Assembly (NCBI GenBank): GCA_963824495.1
Contig: CAWGPQ010000012.1
Coordinates: 1-53,862, forward strand
Direction: 5' to 3'
Length of the DNA stretch: 53,862 nt
Source of the DNA: an uncultured bacterium
GTDB lineage: Bacteria > Babelota > Babeliae > Babelales > Babelaceae
Numbering within the stretch: position 1 is the stretch's first letter; every line of letters begins with the position of its first letter. The position numbers were made by a program, and so were the translations under genes. The notes under the pieces are model-generated. The model worked only from the letters and a program-made list of their open reading frames with translations, ran no database searches and was not told the DNA's origin. Of the stretch, positions 49,156-53,862 are shown piece after piece.

Positions 49156-50091
49156 TCAAGCGCAGCTCAGGAGGTAGGGTTTACCGGTACGTGCTAACGC
49201 ATTAATCAGGGCAGTCGCTCCTCGATCTATACATGATTCAATATAGGAATCTCCCTCTTGGCTATCATCATCGGAAGTTGTTCCAAAAAGGGCGGCAAGT
49301 CCCGATGGACGAGGCGGCTTGACCCACTCTATTTCACCTTCAATAGGGGCAATTTTACGTAATACTTTTTCTACTGTCGATTGTGAACCAATCTCGTCAA
49401 CGAGCCCAAGCTCAAGGCCTTGATGACCGGTAAAGACTTTGCCATTACCCCAAACGCCCACTTGAGCAAGTTGTAGCTGGGGTCGCATCTTTGACACGTA
49501 CTGAGTAAACTGGCGATACGTATCATCAGTAAGTGATTGTAACATTGCTTGTTGTTCCGGTGTTGTTGGCTGAAATGGATCACCTGCAGTTTTGTAATCC
49601 CCAGTTTTTACTACGTCGTACTTAATTTTAAACTGCTCAATAAACTCTTTCAGATGCGGCTGAGGTATATAGACACCTATACTGCCTACAAATGCTGAAG
49701 GAGTGGTGATAATGCGGTCAGTTGCAGCAGCAACATAATAAGCTCCTGATGCGCAAACATTTTGTACAAAGGTAACGATAGGCTTAACATGCTGTCGCTT
49801 GAGTTCTTCTATCTCTAGAGCCAGAGCTTGGGACGCTCCAGCAGCTCCCCCTGAAGAATCCAGTTTGAGCACTATGGCTTTAATATCATGCTCTTTAAAA
49901 AACTTGCGTAGTTGCTTGATAGAGGAAGTTGTATCGGTCAATACGCTCTTGATCGTTACAACTCCAACCTTAGCCTTGGGCTCAAGATAGGTTGCATACT
50001 GGTTACGAATACTTCGAAGTAAGGGAGGCGCAACCTGAAGTAGAAGTAAAAGAAAGAAGATATTACGCAAATAATCAGAAAGTCGTGCCAT
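49156..50091 (-). CDS. sppA: Signal peptide peptidase SppA (S49)
   Basis: IVLKLDSSGGA, CASGAYYVA, VGSIGV, KTGDYKTAG, GKVFTG, LGLVDEIG. Confidence 0.93.
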   Translation of the reverse strand: MARLSDYLRNIFFLLLLLQVAPPLLRSIRNQYATYLEPKAKVGVVTIKSVLTDTTSSIKQLRKFFKEHDIKAIVLKLDSSGGAAGASQALALEIEELKRQHVKPIVTFVQNVCASGAYYVAAATDRIITTPSAFVGSIGVYIPQPHLKEFIEQFKIKYDVVKTGDYKTAGDPFQPTTPEQQAMLQSLTDDTYRQFTQYVSKMRPQLQLAQVGVWGNGKVFTGHQGLELGLVDEIGSQSTVEKVLRKIAPIEGEIEWVKPPRPSGLAALFGTTSDDDSQEGDSYIESCIDRGATALINALARTGKPYLLSCA

Positions 50092-50273
50092 AAGTTCCCC
50101 TTATATAAACATATAGACTTAATTATAGTGAAAGTAGTACTAGTGTAGCACCTTTGCTCAGCGTGAGATACTCTTTTTAGTTTTTTGGGAGTAATATGCT
50201 TCATATTCGCAAGTTTTTTTGACTTTTTTGTGAACTTTTATTAAACTTCCTATATCCTGTTAGGTATTGCTGA

Positions 50274-50348
50274 GGGCGGTTAGCTCAGTGGTAGAGCATC
50301 AGTCTTACAAACTGGGGGTCGTAGGTTCGAGCCCTGCACCGCCCACCA
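50274..50348 (+). tRNA. tRNA-Val(TAC)
   Basis: Cloverleaf, anticodon TAC, CCA. Confidence 0.95.
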
Positions 50349-50358
50349 ATCTTAGCAT

Positions 50359-50433
50359 TCCTCGGTAGCTCAGCGGTAGAGCACACGACTGTTAATCGTT
50401 AGGTCGCTGGTTCGATTCCAGCCCGAGGAGCCA
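50359..50433 (+). tRNA. tRNA-Asn(GTT)
   Basis: Cloverleaf, anticodon GTT, CCA. Confidence 0.95.
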
Positions 50434-50437
50434 ATAA

Positions 50438-50515
50438 GGGGCTATAGCTCAGTTTGGATAGAGCGTCCGCCTGTCACGCGGAAGGTCGCGAGTTCGAGTC
50501 TCGTTAGCCCCGCCA
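50438..50515 (+). tRNA. tRNA-Asp(GTC)
   Basis: Cloverleaf, anticodon GTC, CCA. Confidence 0.95.
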
Positions 50516-50662
50516 TTCTTCGCTTCATCCTTCGCTGAAGCTACGGAGGACAAGAAAGCTTCGAATGGCAGGCCATTCTTCTTGTTTTAGGTAGCGAAGA
50601 ATGCTCTGCGTAGCTTTCATGATCTTCGTAGTTTTAACGAAGAAGATAGCGTAGCGGAGCTC
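50512..50662. repeat. Nested REP-like palindromic repeats upstream of GIY-YIG
   Basis: GCCATTC...GAATGGC enclosing TCCTTCGCTGAAGCTACGGAGGAC; ATTCTTC...GAAGAAT; GCTCTGCGTAGCT...AGCGTAGCGGAGC enclosing ATCTTCGTAGTTTTAACGAAGAAGAT. Confidence 0.65.
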
Positions 50663-50697
50663 TCTCTATTTTTTAAATATCAATAGATATTATCTCT

Positions 50698-50940
50698 ATG
50701 CATTATGTTTATCTTATCAAATCCTTGAAAATTTCTGATAAAACGTATATAGGCTATACTACTGATTTGAAGCAACGTTTAGATAAACATAATACTGGTG
50801 GCTCTGTATACACAGCTAATTATAGACCATGGAAATTGGTTATGTATCTTTGTTTTGATAGTGAGTCTAAAGCACGTGAATTTGAAAAGTATTTAAAGTC
50901 TGGCTCTGGTTATGCGTTTGCAAAGAAATGGTTATGGTAA
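50698..50940 (+). CDS. Stand-alone GIY-YIG nuclease
   Basis: YVYLIKS, TYIGYTTDLKQRLDKHN, YRPWKLV, AREFEKYLKSGSG. Confidence 0.92.
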   Translation: MHYVYLIKSLKISDKTYIGYTTDLKQRLDKHNTGGSVYTANYRPWKLVMYLCFDSESKAREFEKYLKSGSGYAFAKKWLW

Positions 50941-51866
50941 GCACATCAAAAATTATACACGAAACTGCGCCTAAACGGGAAATCACGGTATCATTGGTAG
51001 CTGATCTTATCGCAGAACAATTTCCACAGTGGACTCATCTGCCGATTAGACCGGTTGTACCAGGTGGCTGGGATAATAGAACCTTTCGTTTAGGTCAAGA
51101 CATGTCCATAAGGCTACCAAGTGCTGAAGAATACGCGGAGAAAGTTCAAAAAGAACACCAGTGGTTGCCAGTATTAGCCCCACATGTGTCGCTTCCTATT
51201 CCTGAGCCTCTCGCTCTGGGACAGCCTTCAAAAAATTACCCTTGGAACTGGTCAATATATCGGTGGATTGAAGGTGAAAGTGCGGATCAGTTGCCCATTG
51301 ATGACGTATACGTATCGCTCATTGCCTCACGTCTTGCTCAATTCTTGAAAGAGTTGCATAAGGTTGATACTACCGGTGGTCTTTTACCTGGGCCTCATAA
51401 CTTTTATCGAGGCAGCTCTTCCATGGTTTATGATGCTGAAACAAGATCGGCTATCGCTCGATTACAAGGCTTTGTTGATGTTGACGCTGTAACGTCTGTT
51501 TGGGAAAAGGCAATAAGCTCCAAGTGGCGTAAGAACCCGGTATGGATCCATGGCGATGTTAGTCCTGGAAATATTCTCGTAAAAGATGGTCAATTGGCTG
51601 CTGTAATTGACTTTGGAGGCATGGGCGTTGGTGATCCTGCTTGTGATTTAGTGATAGCTTGGACGTTTTTTACAGGCGAGAGTCGGAAAATCTTCAGGTC
51701 ACAGGTGTGCTTAGATTCTGATACATGGGCTCGAGCGCGTGGTTGGGCGTTATGGAAAGCTCTGATTACGATTGCTCCATTAAAAGATAAGGCGTGCTTA
51801 GAAGCTATCAAGCAACAGCAGATTATTGGTGAGATTCTTAATGAACATGAATCTGAGAATTGTTAA
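50928..51866 (+). CDS. Aminoglycoside phosphotransferase family protein
   Basis: GWDNRTFRLG, WIHGDVSPGNIL, VIDFG, GDPACDL. Confidence 0.9.
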   Translation: MVMVSTSKIIHETAPKREITVSLVADLIAEQFPQWTHLPIRPVVPGGWDNRTFRLGQDMSIRLPSAEEYAEKVQKEHQWLPVLAPHVSLPIPEPLALGQPSKNYPWNWSIYRWIEGESADQLPIDDVYVSLIASRLAQFLKELHKVDTTGGLLPGPHNFYRGSSSMVYDAETRSAIARLQGFVDVDAVTSVWEKAISSKWRKNPVWIHGDVSPGNILVKDGQLAAVIDFGGMGVGDPACDLVIAWTFFTGESRKIFRSQVCLDSDTWARARGWALWKALITIAPLKDKACLEAIKQQQIIGEILNEHESENC

Positions 51867-52004
51867 GGCTTCGCTTAGTCCTTTCGCACAGCTCCTCTCG
51901 CTTGTGGTGGCTCCAGGTCCGGAGCGTTTTTGCTTTTACCTTGACAGATTTTGGTAATAAAATATTAATTAATACTTCTTATATTATAGATTATGAGGTT
52001 GACC

Positions 52005-52550
52005 ATGGCATCGCCAATTATTTCTCAAGAGCCTTTTGTTCCACATTTATTTGAAACATTGGATCCAACTGATCAAATGATGATGGACGTATCTGAGTAC
52101 GCCGGGTATGTTGCATGGTTTAACCAGTGTATGGATGCTTCTTTCGAACGCATTGTATATTGTAGTGACGGATTACAAGTCGTGGGCATAATTAGTTGTC
52201 CAAAAAACACAAAGGGCGTTCAGCGGAAATACCCCGTTATCCTATATAATCACGGTGGTGCGGGAGAGTCGGGTAAGGTAACTGTGCGTGAGCTTTATAA
52301 GAGGATATACCCATTCGTGGCATTGGGTTATGTGGTTGTTGCATCACAATATCGTGGTAATGATGGTTCAGAGGGTAATGACGAAGTAGGTGGCGCTGAT
52401 GTACATGATGTTACTGCTTTGTATGCCGTCATACAATCATTACCATATGCTGATTGTGAAAATATGTTCATGTTAGGATTCTCGCGCGGGGCGATAAATA
52501 CGTATCGTGCGTTACAAAAAAACGTGCTGCCAATAAGAGCATGTGCGGTG
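52005..52550 (+). pseudogene. Alpha/beta hydrolase (S9-like) truncated by IS3 insertion
   Basis: ILYNHGG, ASQYRGNDGSEG, GFSRG present; the IS end begins right after ACAV, removing the Asp/His region. Confidence 0.8.
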
Positions 52551-52641
52551 TATAATGACCCCCAGAAATCAGACACGTGTAATTGGAGAAATTGGGGAGT
52601 ATAATGATGCAAAAAGATCATCACTATTACTGGGGTAAAGC

Positions 52642-52917
52642 ATGGCAAGAATATACAAGAAACATGGAAGTTCATTTAAGAGTAAGGTAGCTCTAGAGGC
52701 CCTAAAAGAAAAGAAAACAGTTGCAGAATTATGCCAAGAGTATAGCATTTCAGCAAGTCAAATATTTGCATGGAAAAAGCAGCTGGAGGAAGAGAGCAAT
52801 AAGATCTTTGAAGATAAGCGAGAAGTAGACCATAAAGCAGAAATAGATAGATTGCATCGTGTTATTGGACAATTAACTGCGGAACGTGATTTTTTAGGAC
52901 ATGTGCTCAAACGTTAA
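52642..52917 (+). CDS. IS3 transposase OrfA (HTH)
   Basis: FKSKVALEALKEKKTVAELCQEY...WKKQL...IGQLTAERDFL. Confidence 0.9.
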   Translation: MARIYKKHGSSFKSKVALEALKEKKTVAELCQEYSISASQIFAWKKQLEEESNKIFEDKREVDHKAEIDRLHRVIGQLTAERDFLGHVLKR

Positions 52918-52937
52918 GTAGTGAAAAACGCAAAGAG

Positions 52938-53828
52938 ATGATTGAGCACGGTAATGAAGCGATAGGTATAAAAAGAAAATGCGAACTTTTGGGTGTTGCG
53001 AGAAGCATGATGTATTATCAACCGAGGCCGTTAAAAAGTAACGATGCGACTATATTGAATGAGGTTAGAAGTATTTATCAAGAAACACCATTTTATGGCT
53101 ATCGCCGTATTCTTGTTGCTCTGAGGCAAAGAGGCTTCGTTATCAATCACAAGAGGTTACAAGGATTGCTCGCTCTTGCAGGCATAAAAGCTGTTTATCC
53201 TACAAAGAAAACAACTATACGAGATCGGGGACACAAAGTATACCCCTATCTTCTACGTGAACTTAGCGTTGATCGCCCTAATCAGGTATGGACCGTTGAC
53301 ATCACCTATATAAAGGTACGACTTGGCTTTGTTTATTTAGTGTGCTTGCTCGATGTCTTTAGCAGAAGAATTATGGGATGGAGCTTATCTACTTTTCTTG
53401 ATACGCAATCATGTCTTGAAGCACTTGAAAACGCCTTGAAGCATGGCATACCGGAGATTATTAATAGCGACCAAGGATGCCAGTTTACCAGTACCTCTTG
53501 GATCGTACAATTAGAAGGAAACGGTATAAAGGTGAGCATGGATGGCAAGGGTCGCTGGGCTGATAATGCTCATGTCGAACGATTATGGCGTACTATAAAG
53601 TACGAAAACGTTTACCTGCACAGTTTTGATACTGTGGATCAGGCTCGAGTAGCTTTGCGGAGCTATGTTGATTTTTATAATCAAAAACGACCTCATCAGG
53701 CGCTTAACTATCACACGCCAAACCTCATTTTCGCTTTAAGAGTTGTGCCTACAAGACAACAGTTATTTGCACAATTTAAGTTACAAAACCAGTCTAACCC
53801 TTCGGAGGTTAACATGACTCCTAAATAA
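52938..53828 (+). CDS. IS3 transposase OrfB (DDE integrase), probably fused to OrfA by -1 frameshift
   Basis: WTVDITYI, INSDQGCQFTS, DNAHVERLWRTIKYE; slippery T TTT TTA at 52890-52896 with an open -1 frame. Confidence 0.92.
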   Translation: MIEHGNEAIGIKRKCELLGVARSMMYYQPRPLKSNDATILNEVRSIYQETPFYGYRRILVALRQRGFVINHKRLQGLLALAGIKAVYPTKKTTIRDRGHKVYPYLLRELSVDRPNQVWTVDITYIKVRLGFVYLVCLLDVFSRRIMGWSLSTFLDTQSCLEALENALKHGIPEIINSDQGCQFTSTSWIVQLEGNGIKVSMDGKGRWADNAHVERLWRTIKYENVYLHSFDTVDQARVALRSYVDFYNQKRPHQALNYHTPNLIFALRVVPTRQQLFAQFKLQNQSNPSEVNMTPK

Positions 53829-53862
53829 ATCTATTTTCGTGTCTTAACGCAGGGGGTCACTA

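Larger units (their letters stand above)
52551..53862 (+). mobile_element. IS3-family insertion sequence
   Basis: IRL TAATGACCCCC...AGACAC; IRR GTGTCT...GGGGGTCACTA at the window end; contains orfA and orfB. Confidence 0.92.

Noticed and set aside
2210..53548. Many short ORFs nested in or antisense to long genes
   Set aside because: No RBS or motifs; they overlap well-supported CDSs
1..53862. CRISPR array, rRNA or alternative genetic code
   Set aside because: No regularly spaced repeats or rRNA seen; conserved genes end normally in TAA, TAG and TGA, so the internal TAA at 5902 is a nonsense mutation

Overview
AT-rich bacterial chromosome segment. Its gene content suggests an intracellular protist-associated bacterium, probably Candidatus Babelota/Dependentiae (TM6); this is inferred from many signal-peptide ankyrin proteins, an ATP-dependent DNA ligase and split housekeeping operons. 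Intact housekeeping genes (tatD, HU, serS, secD, pgsA, lig, hxlA-like, rsmG, MATE, gatCA, lysE, mreC, sppA) and five tRNAs are interleaved with duplicated and decaying families of secreted putative effectors. The most striking item is at the left edge: a multi-TM membrane protein missed by the ORF track, running off the window. It is divergent from two small signal-peptide ORFs sharing the core (F/W)QLPSGTGVGG, plus a decayed third copy, followed by two exported S9 peptidases. Together these form a candidate undescribed peptide-signalling or RiPP-like system. Other highlights: two protein-free IS200/IS605-type elements retaining an omegaRNA-like right end (one splits an AbrB-like antitoxin at a reconstructable TTGA site); ankyrin proteins with C-terminal F-box-like motifs; apparently catalytically dead hydrolase-ankyrin fusions; homopolymer frameshifts concentrated in effector genes; and a structured repeat plus GIY-YIG gene after a tRNA cluster. 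An IS3-family element ends the window.
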